A DNA stretch of 64,000 nt. Origin: Deltaproteobacteria bacterium. Its GTDB lineage: Bacteria; Myxococcota_A; UBA9160; SMWR01. The translations under genes and the position numbers were made by a program. Under the pieces are notes generated by a model, which was not told the DNA's origin, ran no database searches, and worked only from the letters and a program-made list of their open reading frames with translations. Positions 41,356 through 50,836 of the stretch are shown piece after piece (the stretch's first letter is position 1; the number at the start of each line of letters is the position of its first letter). The DNA lies in the NCBI GenBank assembly GCA_032128115.1, contig JAQBHB010000031.1:99113-163112 (forward strand), written 5' to 3'.

Positions 41356-42290
41356 GCCAGCCACTCGAGCGTCAGCTCCGCCACCTTGTCCGGTTGCTCG
41401 ATGTGCGCGAAGTGCCCCACGTCCAGGGTTTCGAGGTGCGCCCCCGGCGGCAGGTGCGACGCCAGGTTCTCGGCCGTGGCGCCCATGCTCATGGGCTCCT
41501 CCACGCGACCCAGGATGCCGAGCAGCGGCACCGGAAACTGCGGCAGCCAACGCAGGCTCCACGAGGGACGCCACGGGCCCACGCCACCCATGCGAAGCGT
41601 GGGGTCGATCTTCCAGCGCCAGCCGTCGGGATCGTGTCGCGCCCCGACGCTCACCAGGTAACGGAGCCACTGGTGATCCATGCGCGGGTTCATGCGGCCG
41701 CGACGTCTGGCCAGGCCGTCCAGCGTATCCGGCCGACGCACGCGCCCAGCCATCTGACGCCGCTCGTCGAGCCAGGCGCTCGACATCTCCCCCAGCGCCT
41801 CGACCCACTCGTGCTCGGTCACGTCGGGCCGGGGCCGGTTGCCGGGCAGACCCTCGATGGATACGAACCGCAGGAAGCGCTCGGGCAGGGCCTGGATCAG
41901 ATTCACCAGCAGCCCCGATCCCTTGGAGTGACCGACCGCCACCAGGGGCTCCTGGCTGGTGCTCTCGAGCACCGCCAGGGTGTCGCGCACATCCGCCTCC
42001 CAGCTGTAGAGGGGCGAGTGGGCCGAGTCCCCGTGGCCCCGGTGATCCCACGACACCACGCGCCAGCCCGCGTCGGCGAGCTTGGGCGCAAAGACGTCGA
42101 AGGTGCGCGCGAAGTCGAGGCCCCCGTGGGCCAGCAGAAGCGGGGGAGCCGACGCCTCGCCCCACTCGTAGACCGCGATGGAGAGGCCGGCGCAGGCGAC
42201 CCGCCGTGTGCGGTCGGGAGCGCGAGCGCCGGAATAGGTCACCGCCTCCCCGTCGGGCGGCGACGGGCTGCGGGGTGCGGAATCGGGCAC
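41352..42290 (-). CDS. Alpha/beta hydrolase (start uncertain)
   Basis: AHGGLD, DHRGHGDS, GHSKG, GHFAHIEQP. Confidence 0.88.
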   Translation of the reverse strand: MPDSAPRSPSPPDGEAVTYSGARAPDRTRRVACAGLSIAVYEWGEASAPPLLLAHGGLDFARTFDVFAPKLADAGWRVVSWDHRGHGDSAHSPLYSWEADVRDTLAVLESTSQEPLVAVGHSKGSGLLVNLIQALPERFLRFVSIEGLPGNRPRPDVTEHEWVEALGEMSSAWLDERRQMAGRVRRPDTLDGLARRRGRMNPRMDHQWLRYLVSVGARHDPDGWRWKIDPTLRMGGVGPWRPSWSLRWLPQFPVPLLGILGRVEEPMSMGATAENLASHLPPGAHLETLDVGHFAHIEQPDKVAELTLEWLA

Positions 42291-42358
42291 GGGATCCTCC
42301 GGGATCCGGCAGGGTAACGCGTTATGGTCGTGCCTCGCCGTTCTCGAGGAGACGGACG

Positions 42359-43567
42359 CTGGGCACCCCGCGAAACATCGTCGTGGTCGGAGCCTCACTG
42401 GCCGGGCTGCGTGCGAGCGAGGCCCTGCGCCGGCTGGGCTTCGACGGCCGGCTCTCGCTCGTTGGCGCCGAGGCTCACCGGCCCTACGACCGCCCGCCCC
42501 TCTCGAAAGAGGTGCTGCGGGGCGAGCGCGAGCCCCACCAGATCCAGCTGAGCAAGCCCGAGGCCTTCGACGCCCTGGAACTCGATCTACACCTGGCCAC
42601 GCGCGCCGTGTCCCTCGACCCGGGAACGCGCCGCGTCGGGCTCGAAGGCGGCCGACACCTGGAGTTCGACGGACTGGTGATCGCGACCGGAGCCACGCCG
42701 CGAACGATCCCGGGAAGCCCAGCCCTGCCCGGGGTCCACACCCTGCGCACCCTGGACGACTGCCTGGCGCTGCGAGCCGAACTCGAGCGCGGCCCGCGGG
42801 TCGCCGTGGTGGGAGCAGGCTTCATCGGCGCCGAAGTGGCCGCCAGCTGCCGCCAACGCGGGCTCGACGTGACCCTGATCGAGACCCTGCCTGCACCCAT
42901 GGCAGCCGCAGTGGGAGCGAAGGTGGGCGAGCTGATGGGCCAGGTGCACAGGGACCAGGGGGTGGACCTGCGCTGTGGCGTCCGGGTCGAGGCCCTGGAG
43001 GGACACGCGCGCGTCGAGCGCGTGGTCCTGTCCGACGCTGGCCACGTGGCCGCCGACGTGGTGGTGGTGGGAATCGGCGTGATTCCCGAGACGCGCTGGC
43101 TGGAAACATCGGGCCTCGAGCTGAAGGACGGGGTCGTCTGCGACGAGACCTGCGCCACCCGCGCGCCCGGCGTCGTGGCGGCCGGCGACGTTGCGCGCTG
43201 GACCAATCGCCTGTTCGGTGAGTCCATGCGGATCGAGCACTGGACCCACGCGGTGGAGCAGGGAGAGGCGGCCGCTGCACGCTTGCTTTCGGGCCCGGAG
43301 GCGGCCACGCCCTTCGCCCCGGTTCCGTTCGTGTGGTCGGATCAGTACGACCGCAAGATCCAGATCGCCGGCCGACCGCGACCCGACGACCCGGTGCACG
43401 TGGCCCACGGCAGCTTCGAGGAGCGTCGCTTCGTGGCCCTCTACGGACGCGAGGGCCGCCTGGTGGGCGCCCTCGCCATGAACCGCGTGCGCGAGCTGAT
43501 GGGCTACCGGCGGATGATCGGCGCGGGGGCCAGCTGGGAGGAAGCTCTTGAACGCGCCAGCGATTGA
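42359..43567 (+). CDS. FAD-dependent NAD(P)H ferredoxin reductase
   Basis: VVVGASLAG, YDRPPLSK, IATG, GAGFIGAE, AAGD, WSDQY; only a CTG follows the GAGGAG SD. Confidence 0.88.
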   Translation: MGTPRNIVVVGASLAGLRASEALRRLGFDGRLSLVGAEAHRPYDRPPLSKEVLRGEREPHQIQLSKPEAFDALELDLHLATRAVSLDPGTRRVGLEGGRHLEFDGLVIATGATPRTIPGSPALPGVHTLRTLDDCLALRAELERGPRVAVVGAGFIGAEVAASCRQRGLDVTLIETLPAPMAAAVGAKVGELMGQVHRDQGVDLRCGVRVEALEGHARVERVVLSDAGHVAADVVVVGIGVIPETRWLETSGLELKDGVVCDETCATRAPGVVAAGDVARWTNRLFGESMRIEHWTHAVEQGEAAAARLLSGPEAATPFAPVPFVWSDQYDRKIQIAGRPRPDDPVHVAHGSFEERRFVALYGREGRLVGALAMNRVRELMGYRRMIGAGASWEEALERASD

Positions 43568-43585
43568 TTGCGTGGAGTGGCCGGT

Positions 43586-44965
43586 TCATCGGGGTTGTGC
43601 GCGTTGGTCGCCGATCAGGAGATTGCCGTCGGGGTCGCGGAGGCGGGCTTCCAGACCTGCTTCTACCTGACGGTAGACGGAGCGCATCACTTGCAGGTTG
43701 TTGGCGAGCATGGCGATGCCAAGCAGCGCTGCGAAGCCGACGAAAATGCGACGGCGCGCCCGTGAGGTGGACCCGGCGTTCCAGCCCGCCGCCACCAGCA
43801 CGGCCACGAATACTCCATGCCAGTGGGGCGCGTACAGGATGTATTCGCGTCCGTAGAAGAGGTGGAGGGCGAACTGGCTGGCCACCGACAGGATCGGCGC
43901 CACGAAGAGTGCGTCGACGCGGCCGCGCGCGAAGCACGCGCCGATTCCGACGAGCAGTGCGAGCGCCAATGCGGCGCGCCAGGCCGGTCGCCAGTGGCCC
44001 AGCTCGGACTCCTCGATGGACACGGACCAGTACTCGAGTGCGTAGTCGCGCATCAGGAAGTCGGACCAGGCCGGCTCCGGGGCCACGAACGCATACAGCA
44101 GGAAGTGACGGGCCAGACGCGCCGTGTGACGCAGCGGCGTGGACGTGAGCTCCCCCAGCCGAAAGAAGCCCTCGACGGCCTCCAGCGGGGTTTCGCTGCG
44201 GGCTCGCGGGTCCGGGTACTGGCGCGACTGCAGCGCCGCACCGGCCAGCACCAGGGCCGTCGCCAATCCGGCAACCAGTGCCAGGCGCGGCATCAGCTGC
44301 GCCCAAGGCGCGGCGGGTTCCCCGCCCACGCGACGCATCAGGATCAGGCGCATGCTCAGGGCAATGCCCCAGTGAACGATCTGGCTCACGGTGAGAGCCA
44401 CGCCGAACATCCCCAGCAGGCCCCAACCCGCCGCCTCGGCCCACGAGAAGCGCCGCCCGACCCGTGCGTTCAGGAAGATCAGGGGCGCCACACTCGCCAG
44501 GCACGCAAGGGCCGCGCTCTCGGGCAGACTCGCCGCCAGGATCGAGGCGAACGAGACACCGCACAGACCGCCGGCGATCGTCGCGGCCAGCAACGAACGC
44601 CGGGTGAGCTGCCACGCCAGCACGCCCACCAGCAGGGCATTCGCTGCTACGGCGAGGGCCACCACCACCCGGGCCGCCGACAGGCGATCCTCGCCGCCGA
44701 AGAAGCGCGTGTTCACGAACCCGCCCAGCGGCGCCACCAGCAGCTTCTGCATCGGGTGCACCGCGGGTCGGTAGGCCGGCAGACGCGTGGTGAGGTCGGA
44801 CACGACGCGCGGCACGTCCATATCGTAGATGCCGCTGCTGTAGCGCATCACATTGGCGTCGCGTGAGAGCACGAACGCCGACGTGGCGTAGACGCAAACC
44901 AGGAAGAGAGCGCCGAGCACTGCCGTCAGCACGGCCGAGCGGGCGCGCGATCGCTCAGCGCTCAT
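43586..44965 (-). CDS. Multi-pass membrane protein (DUF6080/GT-C-like, tentative)
   Basis: Many TM helices; VHP, PES, EYILYAPHW. Confidence 0.6.
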   Translation of the reverse strand: MSAERSRARSAVLTAVLGALFLVCVYATSAFVLSRDANVMRYSSGIYDMDVPRVVSDLTTRLPAYRPAVHPMQKLLVAPLGGFVNTRFFGGEDRLSAARVVVALAVAANALLVGVLAWQLTRRSLLAATIAGGLCGVSFASILAASLPESAALACLASVAPLIFLNARVGRRFSWAEAAGWGLLGMFGVALTVSQIVHWGIALSMRLILMRRVGGEPAAPWAQLMPRLALVAGLATALVLAGAALQSRQYPDPRARSETPLEAVEGFFRLGELTSTPLRHTARLARHFLLYAFVAPEPAWSDFLMRDYALEYWSVSIEESELGHWRPAWRAALALALLVGIGACFARGRVDALFVAPILSVASQFALHLFYGREYILYAPHWHGVFVAVLVAAGWNAGSTSRARRRIFVGFAALLGIAMLANNLQVMRSVYRQVEAGLEARLRDPDGNLLIGDQRAQPR

Positions 44966-45021
44966 GGTGCCTCTCTGCGAGGACGGTATAACGCGCAGGG
45001 GACGATCGCTATACTGCGCGC

Positions 45022-45693
45022 GTGAAGGAACGTCGTTCGGCCCCGCGCTCCCGGCGACGACGCGCGGCCTTCATCGTTGCGATGTTGGCGGCTGTGCCCG
45101 CGTGCGAGAGCACCCGCGAGCCGTCGCAGGGGGTGCGTAGCGTCCCGACTCCCCCGGGTCCCGCCACGGCACTCGGGGTGGTCGTGCGCAACGGCTACAT
45201 CGACGCGCACATCGGGCCGCAGCCCGGCCTTCGCTTCTTCTTCCCATCCGACGAGACCTGTCGTGGCATCCTCTACGAAGAGGCCCGGGTGATATACGTC
45301 CGTCGCGGGAGCCTGGGACGAGTGGAGGGACCCGACGGAACCATGTGCTCCGCGGTGGGGATCGCCTCGCTTCGCGAATGGAGGGATCGGGGGCCGCGCC
45401 CCCGGATCGATCGGCCGCTGCCGAGGTCCCCGGTGTCGTTCCGGGTGGTGTACCGCGACGACGATCTGGTCTTCGCTCGCGGGCGCTTCCCACTGGCCTC
45501 CCAGGTGGGCTGGGCACGGGGCGAGGACACCATCGCACTGCTTCCCACCGGCGAGGCCTGCAAGGCCAGCATCGAGAGCGGCGTGGGCAGCATGGAGTTC
45601 CGCTCGTCGGGTCGCGTGCCGTTCCAGATCGTGTCCGGGGGCCAGAACTGCCCGATCGTGGGCTTCGTGCTGCCGCTCCCCGATCCCAGGTAA
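45022..45693 (+). CDS. Hypothetical lipoprotein
   Basis: VPA-C lipobox; four further Cys. Confidence 0.7.
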   Translation: MKERRSAPRSRRRRAAFIVAMLAAVPACESTREPSQGVRSVPTPPGPATALGVVVRNGYIDAHIGPQPGLRFFFPSDETCRGILYEEARVIYVRRGSLGRVEGPDGTMCSAVGIASLREWRDRGPRPRIDRPLPRSPVSFRVVYRDDDLVFARGRFPLASQVGWARGEDTIALLPTGEACKASIESGVGSMEFRSSGRVPFQIVSGGQNCPIVGFVLPLPDPR

Positions 45694-45698
45694 CCCCC

Positions 45699-46529
45699 CT
45701 ACGGTCGCAACGGGTTCGAACCGGTGGGGTGGAACAGCGTTTCGCCGTGGATCTGAAAGCCCGAGATCGCGGCCCGCCCCTCGTCGGACACGATCCACTC
45801 GATGAAGGCGCGCCCGTCGGCCGCCTTCACGTGGGGGTGCAGCGCCGGATTCACCAGCATCGCGCCGTACGGATTGAACAGTCGCTCGTCGCCTTCCACC
45901 AGGATCGTGAGATTCCCGCGGTTGCCAAACGAGAGCCAGGTGCCGCGATCCGTCAGGGTGTAGGCGTCGATGCCGGCCGCGGTGTTCAGGGTTGCGCCCA
46001 TGCCACTGCCCGACTCGGAGTACCACGTTCCCGAGTCCGGTGAGGGGTCGATGCCGCTGGCCTTCCAGAGCCTGCGCTCGGCCTTCCAGGTGCCCGAGTC
46101 GTCGCCCCGCGAGACGAACGGAGCTCGGACTTCCGCGATCCGCGCCAGACCACGGGGCGCGTCCCGCCATCCTCCGATCCCAGCCGGATCGCTCTTCGGC
46201 CCCACCAGGACGAAGTCGTTGTACATCACGTCCACACGCTCGACGCCCCAGCCCGCGGACACGAACCGATCCTCGGAGTCCCGGTCGTGCACCATCACCA
46301 CGTCGGCATCACCTCGGCGGGCGAGGCCCAGCGCCTGGCCCGTTCCCACGGCCACGACCCGCACCTCGATGCCGGTACGCGCCTGGAACTCGGGCAGGAT
46401 CGCGCCAAGCAAACCCGAGTTCTCGGTAGACGTGGTCGACGCCAGCGTGATGAAGCGCTCCTCGTGAGCCGGAGAACAAGCCAGGCAGAACACGCCGAGC
46501 GAGACGATCAGGCGACCCGCCCCTACCAC
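45699..46529 (-). CDS. tupA: Tungstate ABC transporter substrate-binding protein
   Basis: LASTTSTENSGLL, GTGQAL, YNDFVLVGP, FVSRGDDSGT, GSGMGATL. Confidence 0.9.
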   Translation of the reverse strand: MVGAGRLIVSLGVFCLACSPAHEERFITLASTTSTENSGLLGAILPEFQARTGIEVRVVAVGTGQALGLARRGDADVVMVHDRDSEDRFVSAGWGVERVDVMYNDFVLVGPKSDPAGIGGWRDAPRGLARIAEVRAPFVSRGDDSGTWKAERRLWKASGIDPSPDSGTWYSESGSGMGATLNTAAGIDAYTLTDRGTWLSFGNRGNLTILVEGDERLFNPYGAMLVNPALHPHVKAADGRAFIEWIVSDEGRAAISGFQIHGETLFHPTGSNPLRP

Positions 46530-47257
46530 AGAAGCTCTCCGCGCAGGAAAGCGCGGCCCTTTTCGCTTTCGGGGCGCTCGAAGAACGCCTGGGCCGAGGC
46601 GCGCTCCAGCAGGTTGCCGGCGTGGAGAAACCACACTTCGTCGGCCAGGCGACGCGCCTGGGCCAGGTCGTGGCTCGTCATCACGATCTTCGTATCCGAG
46701 GCACCGATCGTGAGAATCAGGTCCTCCACGGCGCGCGTGGCCGACGGATCGAGGGATGCGGTGGGCTCATCGAGAAACAGGACTTCGGGTTCCAGCGCCC
46801 AGGCTCGCGCAAGCGAGAGACGTTGGCGCTCGCCCGCGGATAGCACGCGCGCGGGTCGTCCAGCAAGAGCGGTGAGCCCCGTCCTCGCCAGCACCTCGGC
46901 CACACGCGCGCGCCGCGTCTGCCGATCGACTCCGCGGGCTGCGAGCGGGTACTCCACGTTGGCCGCGGCGGACCGCCGCAGCAGCACGGTCTGTTCGAAG
47001 ACCATGGCCTGGCGTCGCGTTGCGTCGGCGGCCCCGGGTCCGCACCAACGCACGCTTCCGGCGGTGGGCTCGAGCAGCCCGTGGGCCAGGCGCAGGGTCA
47101 GGCTCTTGCCCGCCCCATTGGTGCCCAGGATCAAGGTGCGCGAACCGGCCTCCAGGCGCGCGCTGATGCCGTCCACCAGTCGGCGGCCGCTCACTTCGAA
47201 CGTCAGATCGACCAGCTCGAGCGGCAGGATCGCGGCCGACGGATTGGAGCCGCTCAT
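46523..47257 (-). CDS. tupC: Tungstate ABC transporter ATPase
   Basis: GTNGAGKS, LSAGERQR, LDEPT. Confidence 0.87.
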   Translation of the reverse strand: MSGSNPSAAILPLELVDLTFEVSGRRLVDGISARLEAGSRTLILGTNGAGKSLTLRLAHGLLEPTAGSVRWCGPGAADATRRQAMVFEQTVLLRRSAAANVEYPLAARGVDRQTRRARVAEVLARTGLTALAGRPARVLSAGERQRLSLARAWALEPEVLFLDEPTASLDPSATRAVEDLILTIGASDTKIVMTSHDLAQARRLADEVWFLHAGNLLERASAQAFFERPESEKGRAFLRGELLW

Positions 47258-47955
47258 CCGGCGTTGCGCGCCGCGCTGCTGGCGAGGGTTGCGGTGCCGT
47301 TCACCAGCAACGAAAGCACCATCAGTATGATCCCCAGGGCCAGAGCCAGGGCCAGGTCGCCCCGGCTGGTCTCCAACGCGATCGCCGTGGTCATGACCCG
47401 CGTCACGTGGGCGATGTTGCCTCCCACGATGATCACCCCGCCCACCTCGGCGATGGCGCGACCGAACCCGGCGAGCACCGTGGTCAGGAGACTGAAACGC
47501 CCATCCCAGAGAAGCGTGAGGATCGCGCGCCCGGGACCCACGCCCAACGAACGCAGCTGCTCCTCGTACTCCTCCCACAAGTCGACCATCACCCGCCGCG
47601 ACAGGGCGACGATGATCGGCGCGATGATCACCACCTGGACCACGACCATCGCCTTCGGCGTAAACAGCCAGCCCAGGGATCCCCCCGGCCCGCCGCGCGA
47701 GAGGAGCAGGTAGACCAGGAGCCCCGCCACCACGGGCGGGAACCCCATCAATGCGTCGAAGATCACCGCGAGAACGCGACGGCCGGGAAACCGCAACAGC
47801 GCCAGCGCACCGCCCACGGGAAACCCGATCACGCAGGCGATGGCCAGGGCGCTCAGGGTGACCCGGAGGGAGAGCGCCACGATCTCGACGAGCTGGGGAT
47901 CGAGCCCCACCAGCATCGAGAAGGCCGTGCGAAAGCCTTCGGAGACTTCGTTCAT
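47254..47955 (-). CDS. tupB: Tungstate ABC transporter permease
   Basis: GFPPVVAGL, LLSRGGP, AGFGRAIAEVG, TRVMTTAIALET. Confidence 0.9.
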   Translation of the reverse strand: MNEVSEGFRTAFSMLVGLDPQLVEIVALSLRVTLSALAIACVIGFPVGGALALLRFPGRRVLAVIFDALMGFPPVVAGLLVYLLLSRGGPGGSLGWLFTPKAMVVVQVVIIAPIIVALSRRVMVDLWEEYEEQLRSLGVGPGRAILTLLWDGRFSLLTTVLAGFGRAIAEVGGVIIVGGNIAHVTRVMTTAIALETSRGDLALALALGIILMVLSLLVNGTATLASSAARNAG

Positions 47956-48034
47956 GGCGGACGGAAAGTAACGGAGTGTCGCGTGGGAGGCTCTGGCGGG
48001 TCGATGCCCGGGCGGGGGGGGCGAGATCCCTGGA

Positions 48035-48742
48035 TCAGAGCTCGACGGAGTCGAAGGTGAGCGCCATGCGATAGGTCAGGATGGTGACATTGTCGCCAAG
48101 TGCCGCGGCCGCGTAGCACAGCGCCTCGGGTGCGGTCTCCACCAGGATGATTCCGCGCACCGTCTGCTTGCGCTCCTCCAGATGCTTCTGGGCCCAACCG
48201 ATGCGCTGCAGCATCTGGGACACGAGTTCGGCCTCGAAGCCGGGATCCGCCACGAGCACGATCACGAGGCTGCCGTTGCTGTCACGCGCCAGCAGATCGA
48301 TCTCGCCGACGGGCGTCTCGTAGCCCTCGCCTACCTCGGCTCCCTTCTTGTCGATGTAGACACTGAGCCCCTCTTCCAGCTGTTCGGGATCCAAGGCCAG
48401 GATTTCTCGCAGCTGCACCGGGTCGGGCAGGTTGATCGCCGGGCCTGATCCGCTGTCGCCGAGGCCACTCCCGGTGTCGGGACTGCTCATGGATCCGCTG
48501 CTGTCCCCCGGATCGGCCGGCTCATCCAGCTCGATTTCGATCTCGATCTCCTCGGGTTCTACCGGTTTCGGCGCGGCCTTCGGCTTGAGCGCGGACGAGT
48601 CGAGCGACGATCTCTTGACGCGGCGCCTCTCGGCTTGCGTCGGCGCTCCTTTCGAACGGGAGAAGCCGCGTCCGCAGTTGGGACACGAGCGCTGCTGGTC
48701 GGCTACGCGGGTGCCGCATCCGGGACAGTTGACAGTCCCCAT
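48035..48742 (-). CDS. Zinc ribbon + acidic linker + degenerate NucS/DUF91-like domain
   Basis: CPGCG..CPNCG; PEQLEEGL..YETPVGEIDLLARD..QMLQRIGW..VRGIILV. Confidence 0.7.
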   Translation of the reverse strand: MGTVNCPGCGTRVADQQRSCPNCGRGFSRSKGAPTQAERRRVKRSSLDSSALKPKAAPKPVEPEEIEIEIELDEPADPGDSSGSMSSPDTGSGLGDSGSGPAINLPDPVQLREILALDPEQLEEGLSVYIDKKGAEVGEGYETPVGEIDLLARDSNGSLVIVLVADPGFEAELVSQMLQRIGWAQKHLEERKQTVRGIILVETAPEALCYAAAALGDNVTILTYRMALTFDSVEL

Positions 48743-48891
48743 GGCACAGCCCCCTTTCAAGAGGGAATCTGGTTTCTTATCGGCGCGCCGGAGGGTTCCC
48801 CGAGGAAATTCCTGCAGCTTGCGGGCCCGCGTTCTCCGGGCTCGCGCCCGGCTGCAGGATTCCGCCTACACTGCAACTTGGAGGGCCGACC

Positions 48892-49110
48892 ATGCAGAAA
48901 CGCATCAGCTACTACGACGTAGACTGGAACCGCCGCGAGGCTCAGGGAGCCATCCGCCTCAGCTTCGACGATCGCTCCCACCTCGACCTGGCCGAGCTGA
49001 GCCTCGAAGAGGTGTCACTTCTGGCCAACGTCCTCCGCAGCGAGAAGCCGGTGTACTACGACCCGGTGCGCGAGCGCTTTTCGACCCGCGCCGATTCGGT
49101 GGGCGAGTGA
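48892..49110 (+). CDS. Small hypothetical protein
   Basis: 72 aa, GGAGG SD, LRSEKPVYYD...VGE. Confidence 0.7.
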   Translation: MQKRISYYDVDWNRREAQGAIRLSFDDRSHLDLAELSLEEVSLLANVLRSEKPVYYDPVRERFSTRADSVGE

Positions 49111-49142
49111 AGCTTCCGGCCGCCGGCTGCTAGGATTCCCGC

Positions 49143-49616
49143 ATGTCGCGAACTCCCGACGTGGGCGACGTCGCCCCGGATTTCACCCTGTCTTCCACCG
49201 AGGGCTCGATCACGTTGTCCGAGCGCCTGCAGCGGCGGGCGGTGCTGCTGGTCTTCTATCCTGGCGACGACACACCCGTGTGCACGCGCCAGCTATGCGA
49301 CTACCGGGACAACCTGGATGGTTTCGCGGGTCTGGGAGTCGACGTCCTGGCTCTCAATCCCCAGAAGCTGGATTCCCATGAGCGGTTCGCAAAGAAGCAC
49401 GGATTTCCGTTTCCGCTGCTCTCGGATCCGGATCGGCTCGTGTGCAAGGCCTACGGCGCCAGCGGGCTGCTGGGCATGACCAAGCGCGCCCTGGTCCTGA
49501 TCGGCCGCGACGGTCGCGTGCGCTGGCGACGCACCGATCTCCCCATCTTCCGGCGCTCCGCGGAAGAGCTTCGCGACGTGATCCGCGAGCTCGACCTGGG
49601 CGGCGGGCCCGTCTGA
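49143..49616 (+). CDS. bcp: Peroxiredoxin, BCP/PrxQ type
   Basis: APDFTL, FYPGDDTPVCTRQLC, FPLLSD. Confidence 0.88.
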   Translation: MSRTPDVGDVAPDFTLSSTEGSITLSERLQRRAVLLVFYPGDDTPVCTRQLCDYRDNLDGFAGLGVDVLALNPQKLDSHERFAKKHGFPFPLLSDPDRLVCKAYGASGLLGMTKRALVLIGRDGRVRWRRTDLPIFRRSAEELRDVIRELDLGGGPV

Positions 49617-49624
49617 GTCGGCCT

Positions 49625-50836
49625 TTACAGCAAGCCCAGGCTCTCCGGCTCGAAGCCGGGAAAGGTGTCGGCGGGGGGCGCACTGCCCAGGTGGGCGCGG
49701 AGCACCTCCCACAAGACACTGCGGTAATCGGTAGTGACGGGCAGGTCGCGCCCCTGGTAGAGCCGCTCTTCCGAAAGGCCGGGCCAGTCGCCGTAGAGTC
49801 CCCCGCGCACCCGGGGGCCCGCTACGAACATCACGCTGCCATGGCCGTGGTCGCTGCCCCCGGAACCGTTGGCCCGCACCGTGCGTCCGAATTCCGTCAT
49901 CACCACCACCAACAGGTCGCGGCGCCCCGCCATCTCTTCCGAGAGCCGTGCAACCGCCCCGGCCAGGTCGGCGATGCCCCGGGCCATGCTGCCGCTCTCG
50001 GTACCCTGGTTCAGGTGGGTATCCCACACGGAGCTCTCCAGGAAGACGGTGCGAATCGGAAGTCCGGCCCGCTCGAGTGCAACCACGCGATCCGCGCTCA
50101 CCTTCAGGCTCACGTTCGGACGACGCGGAACCCGGCGTGCACTCGCCCGAGTACCCGTGCGGCGCTCGTATTCGGAAAGGGCCTCGAGCGCGGAGGCCCC
50201 GGCCACCGCCACGGGGTCGTTGCCGCCCGATGCATAGCGACGCGCCAGCTCCGTGCGACTTCTGCCGCCCGCGTCGGGCAGACCGAACTCGGCGGGGTCG
50301 GCAATGGCGAACGAACCCGACCCCCGCAGCGACAAGGGCAATTGCGATGTCAGCGCCAGCGATGCGAAGGGGCTCTCGGCTGCCAAGGGATCGAGCGCCC
50401 GCGCGAGCCAGCCATCCGACAGGTGGAGCGCGCCGGGCTCACCGAGCTCCATGAAATCCTGGGCCTCGAAGTGCGAGCGTGTCGGATGTCGCGACCCCAC
50501 CGCGTGAACCACCGCCAGTTCGCCGCGCTCGACCAGCGGATTCAAGGCCCGAAGCTCCGGATGCAAACCGAAGTCGCGGGTGAAAGACAGGGATTGCGAG
50601 AGCGCCAGCGAGGGCCGGAGCTTCTGGTAGCCGGGATCGCCCACGGGGGGAACCAGATGCAGGCCGTCGGCAGCCCCGCGCAGGAACACCACCACCAGCA
50701 ACGAATCGGTCCCCGCCGAAGCCAGCGGGACCGGCGTGGCCACGTCCTGAAGGGCCCGCAGCGAACCGGGGACGCAGGCGGTGACCAGGAGCCCGGTTCC
50801 TCCGACCCTCAGGAAGACACGACGCGTCAGGTCCAT
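49625..50836 (-). CDS. DUF1501 family protein (Tat signal)
   Basis: TRRVFL; FLRGAADGL, RSHFEAQ, WDTH, TEFGRT, GSDHGHG. Confidence 0.9.
   Translation of the reverse strand: MDLTRRVFLRVGGTGLLVTACVPGSLRALQDVATPVPLASAGTDSLLVVVFLRGAADGLHLVPPVGDPGYQKLRPSLALSQSLSFTRDFGLHPELRALNPLVERGELAVVHAVGSRHPTRSHFEAQDFMELGEPGALHLSDGWLARALDPLAAESPFASLALTSQLPLSLRGSGSFAIADPAEFGLPDAGGRSRTELARRYASGGNDPVAVAGASALEALSEYERRTGTRASARRVPRRPNVSLKVSADRVVALERAGLPIRTVFLESSVWDTHLNQGTESGSMARGIADLAGAVARLSEEMAGRRDLLVVVMTEFGRTVRANGSGGSDHGHGSVMFVAGPRVRGGLYGDWPGLSEERLYQGRDLPVTTDYRSVLWEVLRAHLGSAPPADTFPGFEPESLGLL

Noticed and set aside
48777..48784. GCCGATAA sigma-28-like -10 element upstream of the NucS-like gene
   Set aside because: No convincing -35 element; an 8-mer alone is insufficient
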